Shown here: one piece after another, positions 39,818-50,003 of the stretch
How positions within the stretch are numbered: position 1 is the first letter of the stretch
Layout of the letters: every line of letters begins with the position of its first letter
The notes under the pieces: generated by a model
What the model saw: only the letters and a program-made list of their open reading frames with translations
What the model was told of the DNA's origin: nothing
Database searches by the model: none
Made by a program: the position numbers and the translations under genes
Assembly: GCA_018398765.1 (NCBI GenBank)
Contig: JAHBMJ010000295.1
Location: 1-51,261 of the forward strand
DNA length: 51,261 bases
Origin: Chromera velia
Lineage: Eukaryota
Direction of reading: 5' to 3'

Positions 39818-40738
39818 CGTGCGTGTGTGCTTCTCTTCTCTGCCGCCAGCAGGTGTCCTGGCAGTGATGAGGATACAGTTACGGGACGTTGGATTCTCTT
39901 TAGGTCGGCCTGAATCGAAGCAAGATCGCGGTATGGATGGCCATCCAGTTGCGCTGGTGTTTGAAGTACAAAATTCGCTTTTTCTTTTTTTCTTTCTGGC
40001 TTTCTTTCCTTCTTTTTCCGTCTGCCTTTCCTTTCCTCTTGTCCTTATGTGGTGGTGGCCATGTGTGTGGTGGCCTCTCTGGCTGTAGAAGTCCGTTCCT
40101 TAATTTTTGTTTCTCGTCAGGCGAAGCGCCCGTTGCCTCCCTCCCTCCCTCAATCTCTCTCTCTCTCTCTCTCAGTTTCTCTCATTCGTCCGTGCCTGCG
40201 TGCATGTCTGCCTGATTATATCTCCTTGCAGGCTGGCCTTATCAGATGTGCACAGTCGGAGGGCTTGTAGCGATCTCTACAGATGCGGTCAGTCAGTGAG
40301 GCCTTACCACAGGACTCTTTCGCCCTTCTCTCTCTCTGTGTGTGTGTGTGTGTGTGTGTGAGTGTGTGTGTGTGTGTGTGGGTGTACGTGCGTACCCAAC
40401 GATGCATGTTCTTCATTCTGCAGGCGGTCCATCTGGTTGACGTCCGGTTGCCCAGGGCCTTCCGGCAAGCGCTCCAGGCACAGGGAGGGCCCCCGGAAGT
40501 CCCCGCCCCTCCCGCCCTCCTCTCCAGTCTTCCCAATCGGGGGAACGGAGCAAGGGGCCCACTGCCCCCTCCACCGACAACCGGTGCAGCAGCAGCGGCA
40601 GCGTCACAGCAGTCCAACGAGGAGCCGGGAAGGTACTGGTCGTCTTTGACGTGGCCCCCGAGTCAGACAGGTGTGGCGGACGGTGCTCTGGATGGCCACG
40701 GGGGAGCGCCTCCTCAGTTGGGATCCGTAGGGGGGTGA
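33568..40738 (+). CDS. Multi-exon WD40/beta-propeller-like hypothetical protein
   Basis: Exons at about 33568-33715, 34178-34408, 35354-35576, 36022-36130, 36919-36969, 38542-38621, 39174-39295, 39853-39903, 40232-40286 and 40423-40738; some small exons may be missed. A WD-like repeat AHRWDIVALDAPDRVRLLTVDRRGVLRVW and a spliced C-terminal FSLGWPYQMCTVGGLVAISTDAAVHLVDV. Confidence 0.65.
34860..35330. repeat. Intronic inverted repeat (about 100-bp non-microsatellite core plus microsatellite arms)
   Basis: gactatatgtttcttcttctcccttcttttcttcatgaacacaatagacaaaaagaaagaaagcaacaaagacaaaag at 34899 is the near reverse complement of about 35227-35304. Confidence 0.93.
35720..35857 (+). repeat. Third, more diverged copy of the same intronic element
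   Basis: ttttgtctttgtt...ttttgtctgttgtgttcatgaagaaaaggagggagaagaagaagaaacacatagtctgtctg matches 35227-35320 in direct orientation. Confidence 0.88.
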
Positions 40739-40874
40739 ACGATCCACAGCTAGTAGTAAACAAAAACTTGTCAGTGCTTCGGAGGGAGTAAAAAAAAATT
40801 AAGAATTAAGCCAAACAAATCTAGGTTTAGATTCAAATCTAGATCCAGACCTAGATTCTTAACCTGTTTGGTTA

Positions 40875-41089
40875 CTAGGCGTCGGCTAAAGAAAAAAAAA
40901 GAAAAAAAATAAGCGATCAGAGGAGATCTTTTTTTTTTTCTTTTACCCTCAACAACACCTAACAACAGTTGTGCAACACATGAACAACACCTGTGCAACA
41001 CTTGAACAACAGTTGTTTGGCTGAAAAAGAAAAAAAAAGTAAACGGTTTGGGGGGATCTTTTTTTTTGTTTTCTTTAGCCGACGCCTAG
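40875..41089. mobile_element. MITE with about 21-bp TIRs and an imperfect 8-bp TSD
   Basis: TIRs ctaggcgtcggctaaagaaaa / ttttctttagccgacgcctag. Flanks tttggtta (40867-40874) and tttagtta (41090-41097). Internal aacaacac/aacaacag repeats. Confidence 0.8.
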
Positions 41090-41551
41090 TTTAGTTATAA
41101 GGAATTCTGCTAAGAATTCTGCTATGTACACAAACTTTTAAAGCGCTATAAAAAATAATCTTAAAGTTATGTTACAAATTCTTTGAAGATCTCAAAATTT
41201 TAAAACATCTTTTATAAATTTTCTAAATAGAATATCTAGTAGAATATGATCAAATAATTAATGTAAAGCTTTTAAAAGGATTAGGATTAGGGTTTATCTT
41301 TTTGCGGTCCACTGCCGGGCCTCGACTTCCACTGTCAAAAATGATTGGCATACTTCCGGCGGTGCCCGGACTAACTATAGTAACTACCGAGACGCCTCTG
41401 CCTTCGCAGAGACACCTACAGACTGCAGCTTTGCATGGGGCATGCTCTTGACATGGGAGTTGAAAGATGTAGGGGTTACACCTAGGGTTACACTATAGGA
41501 GTTGCAACACAATTCACCGCTCTACTATGCTTGTTCACACTGCTTCACAGA

Positions 41552-42608
41552 TAGTGACCATGTTTGATTTGATTATATTTGATTTGATTTGATTTGAGCT
41601 TCAACCTCAAATATTTGATATTTGAGGTAAGATTTGAGGTTAACCCCTTAGGGTTCCTCACTGAGTCACTGACTTACTGTCACTCTGATCATTTTTCTCA
41701 TAACAATAGTTATCAGAACATTTCTGATGTGTGTTTCAAAAATTTAAAAAAATATATCATCATCATCATCATCATCATACGCCATCGCTATTGGCCCATA
41801 ATAGGCGTCTAGCGTTCGGCAAGTCACAACACGCAAGGCAGATTATTAAATGATGGACCCTTATTTCACAACCTTTGGCAAATAGCTTAACAGCTGCATT
41901 TTTTCTCAAACTCTTCCACTTCTGGCAGGGCGTGTTTGCGCATGAGCGAGGCTGCTTCATGTGATGTTGACTACCAGCCATGCTAAGATATTGATGAGGT
42001 AGGTTTGAAAAGAACTGGTTGTCGCTGCTGCATACTCACAGCCACAAATAATTTCTCCTTCCCCCTCGGCTCCTTGTATTTTCACCTGACACTGAATCAC
42101 ATTTGCCCCCTTTTGCACGGACCATATTTTTTTTGCGTACCCGGCTCTAAAAACAAATGCCTCCTTCTTCCCGTTCGATCCTGTCGGATTGTGTGACATG
42201 TCTTTACGGGGTGTAAAATGTTTGCAGACGCTCAAAAAGGGGGCTATAAAAGATGTTCCAGCACCAAAAAGTCAACACAGCTGTTCGGGAAAACGTTCAG
42301 CTGATCGGTTTACCTCTGCATGAAGTAAAAGGGGGTGGAATCTCAATTTTAGTACAGCTCAAAACATTTTTTTTTTTGAGAGCAAACCATCAAGATTTAG
42401 GTTTTTTTATTTGAATCAGCATGCGTGACGGATCAGTACTTGCAAAAGTTTTTTCGGGACCTTCATATTTGAGGTTGAAAGTCATATTAATCAAATATTT
42501 GATCGTATTTGATAGGTCTTTAAACACTAGGTCCTCCCTGACTGGATATTTGATTTGAGCTTAAGCCCTACTTCAAATCAAATCAAATCAAATCAAATAT
42601 GGTCACTA
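41552..42608 (-). mobile_element. Non-autonomous hAT-like DNA transposon with a BED-finger transposase remnant
   Basis: TIRs tagtgaccat(g/a)tttgatttgat, perfect 8-bp TSD ttcacaga (41544-41551 and 42609-42616), subterminal (gattt)n/(aaatc)n. Minus ORF 41957-42235 reads KKIW...IQC...ICGCEYAAATTSSFQTYL, resembling a BED finger. Confidence 0.9.
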
Positions 42609-43839
42609 TTCACAGACGGCTACAGACGGCCGCAGCGGGGCCGCATCGGGCCGCTACACCAGGCCATCTGGTTTAATATATGGTTTTACTAGAAGGCTAG
42701 TAGGAACGCTACATAGAACAACATCCTAGAGAACATCTTAGTTATTTATAGATCAAACATAAAAAAGATGGTCCAAATGTTATTTTTGAATATCCAAAGA
42801 TGCCAAACCAATTTTGGAGAGATCCAAAGCTCCAAACTATCTCGGAATGGCATCTTTATTATATTAATTATAAGGGCATGATGTACGGACATAACTGCAG
42901 CTCGCCCATCTTAGAGCAGCCAGCGCGTACATCAGAAGCACCCAAGGCTAGACCCAAGGGCACCAAGGGAAGGAAGAGGAAGGAAGCCTGAGAAGGCAAA
43001 AGAGCAGTTTGTTATGCACTTATGATGTATAACTCGTAAGAAAGCCATAGACGGAGCCGTAGTCTGGCCCGTACTAGAACTAGCCGTAGAACCATACAGA
43101 GTGTGGGCAACTCTATGGCCGTAAATTAAATGCCATGATTGGCCATGTCTTGCAATGTAGCGTATACTATATGTTGCAATGTTGCATCAAGAGAGTAGAG
43201 AATTGTTTTGTAAAACCAAGCCAGATCAACTAAGACTGGTATATATACTAACTCAAAAACAAAGTTTGTTTCTAATCTTTGAATGAGTTCATGAATAATT
43301 TATACAATTAATCGACTTTTAAACATAAGCTTGCATGAGTTTAAAGCCTATATATATAGAACAATCATTCATACTTAGACTTAGGAGTCCGATTTACAGC
43401 TAAAATTCACTACTAGACTAAGTTCTCGGCTCTCATATAAAATTATTCCAAAGTCATCCCCTTCCCTTAGTCAAAAAACAATTATACTAGTAATATCATC
43501 AGTATGCTTCTAGGCCGTTAGGATTTTATGACAAAAAATCTCTCTCTGATACAACCACTAACCATCCCACCCACTTTAACCCACCCAACCCTCACCTAGA
43601 TCCTACTCCACCCACCCCCTTCCCTTCCCCCCCCGCCCCCACTTACCCCCTCATCCTCACATACCATGGAAACAACCTCCTCTCCTTTCTTACATTTTTT
43701 TTTAATTGATCTACTGTATGATCAATCTGGGCATGAGACCTTTCCTTTCTTCTCTCTTTTTCTTCTGCTGGACAGAATGAACCCCCGTCAGACACTTAAT
43801 TTTTATGCGGCAAGGTATGTACAGCTCTTTCGGTAAAAA

Positions 43840-44166
43840 NNNNNNNNNNNNNNNNNNNNNNNNNNNNNNNNNNNNNNNNNNNNNNNNNNNNNNNNNNNNN
43901 NNNNNNNNNNNNNNNNNNNNNNNNNNNNNNNNNNNNNNNNNNNNNNNNNNNNNNNNNNNNNNNNNNNNNNNNNNNNNNNNNNNNNNNNNNNNNNNNNNNN
44001 NNNNNNNNNNNNNNNNNNNNNNNNNNNNNNNNNNNNNNNNNNNNNNNNNNNNNNNNNNNNNNNNNNNNNNNNNNNNNNNNNNNNNNNNNNNNNNNNNNNN
44101 NNNNNNNNNNNNNNNNNNNNNNNNNNNNNNNNNNNNNNNNNNNNNNNNNNNNNNNNNNNNNNNNNC
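43840..44166. other. Assembly gap (N run)
   Basis: 327 N bases. Confidence 1.
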
Positions 44167-44608
44167 CCCCCCCCCTACAGACACACCTAGGTCTCAGCAA
44201 GAAAAAAAACCCCCCCCACCCCCCCGCATACATACCTAAGGGACTGAAATATATGTTTCCGGACTGATGCCCCTCCTAACATGAAGGGTAGAGATCAAGA
44301 GATACGAGGTGGTGTTGCACTGTTGCAGATCGATTGGATAAATTTCAGACTGAACTGGACAGGACTGAAGGCTGTATATACATATCGAGAATCGACTCAG
44401 TGTAACATAATTACAGAAAAACATGAGAAGTGAAGCCGAAGCAAGTGGAGGCAACGTTCTGTTGAGAAGATGGGATGAGAGCGGATAAACAGATTTTTTT
44501 CTGACGGTCGGGTTGACGGTCAGGCTTCTTTCTTAAAAAATGAAATGCCTTAGAGGGCCGATCATCTATATGCAGCTCATGCATGCAACAACACACATGA
44601 TATATATG

Positions 44609-45559
44609 CAGGGTTACTTTTCTGGTCGGTAACAGGTCTAGTCTACCGGCAATTGCCGGTAACCGGTAATAGCCTTAGTCTGCCTTCCTTTTACTGACAA
44701 AAAAAATAATAAAAATTAGGGTCCTAAAAAAAAAATTTCGTCTGCGGCACCAACTTTCAAAAACATGTTTTTAAGTGTTTATTGGCATTTGAAAAGCCTA
44801 TTCACACACAAAAAAAAATAAAAAAAATATAAATTTTTAACTGCTTCACCCTTATAAGTGGTAAAAAGTTCTAACAGCTCTAGGATAACGTCTGTCCAAC
44901 AACTACTCTCTTTTTTGACTTTGCTTCATCTCTCACTGTTCTGTTTCTCTGTATATCCGGAGTCAGAGGCCGGGCCCCTCCTCTGTCTCTCTCTGCTCAT
45001 ATACAAACCCAATTGCCTTTCATTCACATACTTGCCTTCCCTATCTCTACAAACGCCCAACCGCCTTTCGTTCATATACTTGCTTTCCCTGTTTCTGTTC
45101 GCTTATTTACTTATGATTCTTTCATGTCTGCTTGCTTGCAGATGGCAAATCTCCACCTCAAACTTTGAGGCGGACCGCCCAAAGTTTGAGGCAGACTCTT
45201 TCCGTTGTTGGAATTGCGCGGGTGCATCTGTCTGGGCTAGCTGTGGTCATTGCGGCCAGCGGTTTTCTGTCTTTGGGCGCCAAGTGCAAGACAGGAGCCA
45301 TCGCTTCGACCTGCATTATCTTCAAGCACACTGGCCGCATAGCTGTCCCTACAGATGACGCATTAACTTTTTGAATTGACCTTAAGTCTAGCTTTAAGTG
45401 ATTGATTGATTGACCTATAACCTAGGACTTAGGTTATTAAAAAGTGTTAGTAACTGTTAGAATTCTGCCAAGTCTTTGCCAACTGCCAGCAAACTCTGCC
45501 GGTAATTACTGGTTACCGGTAATGAAGCTTGTCTACCGCCGAAAAAATTGGTAACCCTG
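44609..45559. mobile_element. Non-autonomous hAT-like DNA transposon
   Basis: TIRs cagggttac / gtaaccctg, perfect 8-bp TSD tatatatg (44601-44608 and 45560-45567), and subterminal ccggtaa/taccgg repeats at both ends. Confidence 0.88.
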
Positions 45560-46010
45560 TATATATGCATGCATGCAGTCCGGTGGTACATGGGCTGGGG
45601 TGACGCGGCGCCGGCTATGGCGAATGACGATAACTGATACAATTCAAAATATTAAAAAAAAAAAAAAAATGATGATGAACTTTCGGAGGGATTTCAACAA
45701 ACTAGTATATAGTTTGAACCAATTTAAACTTTTTAAGTACTATTTTACTATATATAAGTCACGGTCCAAATCCGGACTGAGACTTTAACCTAGGACAGTG
45801 AGACTCCATAAAACTCCAATTCTAGCTCTATCTAACTCCCATTAAATTATCTTTTTTCACTTTAATCTAAACTTTAAGTAAAATTTTACAGATCACACCT
45901 ATAAGCCACAGAGTCTTACTCTAACTCTAACTTTTTAAATATATTTCTAATGATACATGACAAGAAGTTTTTCTTACATTTCTGACCAATCACACCACAA
46001 ACAGAATCTT

Positions 46011-49000
46011 TCAAACATAATCTGCAGTCCAATCCTCAACACTGGCCCGCGGATCAGGGGTGTCCTGACGTACCGAAACATCCCCTCTGGAGGGCGGTGA
46101 TCTTCTTACCATGTGGGACGATTGACTCTCCTTTTCGCTCGCTTCCTTTTCTTTGTCCTTCTTCTCTACAGGCGGATGCCGAATAACGGTTCTCATCTCT
46201 TCACTTCCTTCCCCCCATGAATTCGAGTGCGACGCCGACTCGATCGAGAAGGTGTGCGGCGTCGCCATCTGCTCCCCCTCCGTCTGCCGAACTACCTCAC
46301 CGGGAAGGCTCATCGCGTGCGCAGAATCTGCACTCGCGCCACTCACATTCGCATTCGACAGCTGAAGCCTTTCCGTACCATTACCGTTCCCCGCTCCGCC
46401 GGCAGAGATGCCGCTTTCTGGGGCCATCGAATCAAGAGGACGCCCTTGCACAGAAGGCTGCACAGCCCCACTCCCTCCTCCCGCCTCTAGTTGTGCAATC
46501 AACATCGCAGTCCTCTCAGAAATGTCCCTCCCTTCCACGGAACCCCCCGTTCCCCCTCCCCCCCCATTTGCAGCAGCTGCTGCAGACCCTAACCTACTCC
46601 CCGACCGAGATAGTCCCCCCAACCGACCCCCACTGCCTCGGTGGGGCCTGATCAGATTCGAGGACTGGCTCCTGTCAAGTCCTGCCCCCGACCCTCTCCC
46701 CCCCTCCCTTCTCTCCTGCTCCTCCAGCTGCTGCTGCAATGCCCTCAAACGAGCCACGGTCGACCGCACAGCGTCCATCGTCTCGTCCATCTCCCTATCT
46801 CGTCTCGTCACGCTCCCCTCCCGTCTCCTCCCCCCAGGGCCTCCACGCAGAGAACCCACAGAAGAACTTCGGAGAGACCGGGCACCCCTCACTGCGCGGT
46901 CTGCCTCCGACTGGCCCCCGACGTTCACCAACGACCAGACCTGCATGTGCATGCATCCATACATCCATGCATGCATGCGCATATGCATTCACAGAGCAAC
47001 AACGATTGAGACCAAAGTACAGGAAGCAACAGAAAAATGTCATTCCAGAAGCATCATTCATGACTTGAATTCATGATGGAAAGAAAGAACGAAAAAGACC
47101 CGCCCGCATGGTAGGGGCAGCAGACTAGATTGAGTGAGTGCACACAGACAGGACAGAAAAACAATCATGCAATCTTGTTGAAAACCCCCCCCGTCGGATC
47201 TGTATCGCCCTCACTAGACATGCAAGACGGAGAACGAACATGCAGAGAGACAGATCCTCACTGACTGACTGACTGACTGACTGACCTGAGGCTGTGGCAC
47301 CTGTGCAGTCATCCCGAGTGCCTCCGGAATCATGCACCTGCACACTGGGCACTGCTGCGACTGTTTCAGCCAGTCCTCTATGCAGGGGGCGTGGAAGAAG
47401 TGTCTGCCTGGACAGGGGAGCTCCAGGACAACCTCGTCGTCCTCAAATCCCTGCAGCCAGGCAGCAGAAAAGGAAGGAGCACAAGGAAAGGGGAGGGGGG
47501 GGGTCCACTGAGAGACGAAGGAAACGAAGACGTGGGGAAGAAGGCGAGAGGCAGGCAGGCAAGCACAGGCAGGCAGGAAGGAAGGGAACCGGGGGGGGGT
47601 GGAAGCAAGAATGAGAGAGGCAAAAAGTAAAAATGTTGGGCAGAAAGGAGGACAGAGAGGAGGAAGAAAGTGATTAGAGACGGCAATCCGACTAACCATG
47701 ATGCACACAACACATTGCATCTCTTCGTCCTCTGCAAGCCCCCCTCCACCTCCACCTGCGGCGATTCCCATTTCCCCCCCTGCCCCCCCAACAGCCGCTT
47801 CCTCACTGCCCACCACGATCGTCTCACTGGCAGCATCGGCAGTCGAGGCCCCCATGATGTTTTGTTGTTGTCTTTGTTTGTCCTTTTCCGTCTCCTTCTC
47901 CTTCACTCCCTTCCCTGCTGCCGTCTCTTCTAACCTCTTCTTTTTATATTCCCCGAATGGCATCTTCACCAGCTTCTCCATCACTTCGGGGGACGTCCCG
48001 GCAGGTCGCGGAGGCCCAAAACCCACCCACTGGCCGTTCCCCCCCCCATTCGCCTGCGTCTCCAGCAATCGTGCCACGACCGTCGGACAGCAGTAGGCGG
48101 CACAACAGAGGAAAAGAAGGAAGCACAGGGCGTAGAAGCACGGGAGGACGGTGACACCCAGACGGTACCAAAACAAAATCATCGAAATTTCAACAGGACG
48201 CACACCGCACTCACTGCCGTTCGCTCTAAAGAGCCACGCGATGGCGCCTGCAGAAGAAGAAACAAGAAAGTGCATGCATTTATTTAAATAAGTAAATGCA
48301 CGCTCTGCAGAGCCACGCGATGGCGCCTGCAGAAGAAGAAACAAATTAAAAAGCAGCAGTGAGTGTGGTAGAATGATTGCATGGTTGAGTAGAGTATGTC
48401 TCCTGTGCGTCGGGTCCGAATCGCTTGAGGGAAGGGGACTGCAAACCCACACACAGTATTGAACGTCCCCATGCACAAAAACAGGCACAGACCGAGAAGC
48501 AAAGAGCGAACAGAGAGTGTGTCACGCAACTCCTCAGCCCCCTCACAGGTGCACACACATGGACAAACACTTGGTCTCAAGCACAACGAACGATGCACTC
48601 ACACACTCACCGCAGAACCACCAGAGGAAAGCGATGATGTCCACCAGACGGAGGGAACACCTCAGCACAGGATGGCGATTCCTCTCATTGGTTGGCGTCA
48701 GGGGTGCAAGGAGGACGTAGTAGAGCCAGATCTGGAGAAGGGAGTTCAAGGCCATAAGAGTCGACAGAACGAGCGCCCACGCGTCGAGAGGGACAGGGCA
48801 GGTTTCTTTGAAGTCCACCCAATCCGTTGTGAAAATCGAGACTGTGAAACCGAACAGTGTGAGCTCGATCAGGATCTTGATGCACAAGATCCCGTGCATG
48901 CAATACGTCATTGCCGGAGTTGTTCTGGAGCCGTTTTGTTGCTGTGTCCCCGTTTGGCTCCCTTCTGCCCTCTCATCTATGATGAAGGCCCCGTCTACCC

Positions 49001-49097
49001 GCACGCTCGTGCCCTGCCCCGGCGGAGGTGCGAGGACCGCTGCCCGAGGGCGATGTCCTGCCGCTAGCGTGCCCTGGTGGGAGGGTCGCTGAGACAT
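46011..49097 (-). CDS. Transmembrane RING-H2 E3 ubiquitin ligase
   Basis: Exons 48611-49097, ~47697-48247, ~47286-47451 and 46011-46940. About four hydrophobic helices, then a spliced C3H2C3 RING: CVVCIM/GFEDDEVVLELPCPGRHFFHAPCIEDWLKQSQQCPVCR. Confidence 0.9.
48230..48344 (-). repeat. About 35-bp direct duplication of acceptor site plus exon start
   Basis: agagccacgcgatggcgcctgcagaagaagaaacaa occurs at 48230 and 48309 (offset 79), with palindromic AT-rich filler. Confidence 0.95.
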
Positions 49098-49367
49098 CGT
49101 GCCTCTCTTGGACTCACGCACACCACACAAGGCAGTCAAAATTGTAAAGCACCCTCCTTCGAGGAAGGAACAGTAGATGAGCACGAAGATCCGTTGTCTG
49201 CAGCGAAGACAAGTGCTGATAAAGGGGGACGCTAGACACTTCGAACGAAAAACGTGAGGCAGTCCCCGGCCCCTTTTGACTCAATGAGTCACTCGGTTCG
49301 AGAGCGTGAATCTCCGTACTTTCTCGGTAGTGTCCGTGTCCTGTTTCGATGAGTATTGAGTTCGGAG

Positions 49368-49675
49368 AGGCTAGCTAGCTTGAAAGCGATACGCGGGCCC
49401 TCAAGCACACAACCACATGCCTGAGGCGTTGCTCGTTCCACAGGACAGAAATCCCTTCCCGGCAGAATTGCAGGCTATGACTAGGTGCACGATCTATGAT
49501 CGGAGATCTTCGATGCAAAGCAGCTGTACAACGAACAGCCCTCTATTAATATAGCTGGTGCAGACAACATCAGAGAACATCTTCTCCGCGTCTGCAGAAA
49601 GTGTGAATTGGCTCGGCAAGGCTCGGCATGCCATGCGCGGACGGGCCGCGCGCGGAGTCTCCCATGCATGCAGCC
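49368..49675. promoter_or_regulatory. Putative bidirectional promoter (RING ligase / ERG28)
   Basis: gctagctagct at about 49370, GC-rich gggccgcgcgcgg and catgcatgca at about 49663, between divergent starts at 49097 and 50004. Confidence 0.4.
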
Positions 49676-50003
49676 GTCTCCGCGACTCTGACCGATACGA
49701 CTGATCCAAACCTGTGCCTCTCGCAGTCTCTCATAGACTGTGCCAGAGCCTCACATGCACAGCTAGAGATCAAACCTCATGATCGTCTCTGCATTCCAGC
49801 TTGCTGGTTCAGGAGAAAGGCTGGGTGGTCCACCTCTGCGTGGCCAGACAAAGTTCGCATATCAAATCAATACCTTGCGTTCCTCATTACAGCCCATCAT
49901 TGTTCCCGTCTCCTCTCAAACTTTTCGTGGGAGCCTGGCCTCTCGAGTGACTGTCGCAAGCACCCAGTCAGCCTGACACGGAGTTGAGGCCTTCGTGGGA
50001 GAA

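Noticed and set aside
39631..40088. ORFs rich in VCVC/THTH/SLSL/ERER, here and throughout the window
   Set aside because: They are translations of intronic microsatellites.
41295..41400. GC-rich patch in an AT island as a possible tRNA, SINE or homing-endonuclease site
   Set aside because: No cloverleaf or clear A/B boxes, and the taactata similarity is too short to support a call.
41281..41495. Telomere-like ttaggg/tagggtt motifs
   Set aside because: Only a few scattered imperfect units with no tandem array.
43711..44239. ORFs spanning the N gap
   Set aside because: Artefacts of unknown bases.
45004..45100. Diverged tandem duplication of about 47 bp inside the hAT element
   Set aside because: Real but unremarkable internal duplication; its sequence is unrelated to the 47-bp minisatellite.
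46408..47076. 222-aa plus-strand ORF
   Set aside because: Antisense shadow of the GC-rich last exon of the RING ligase.
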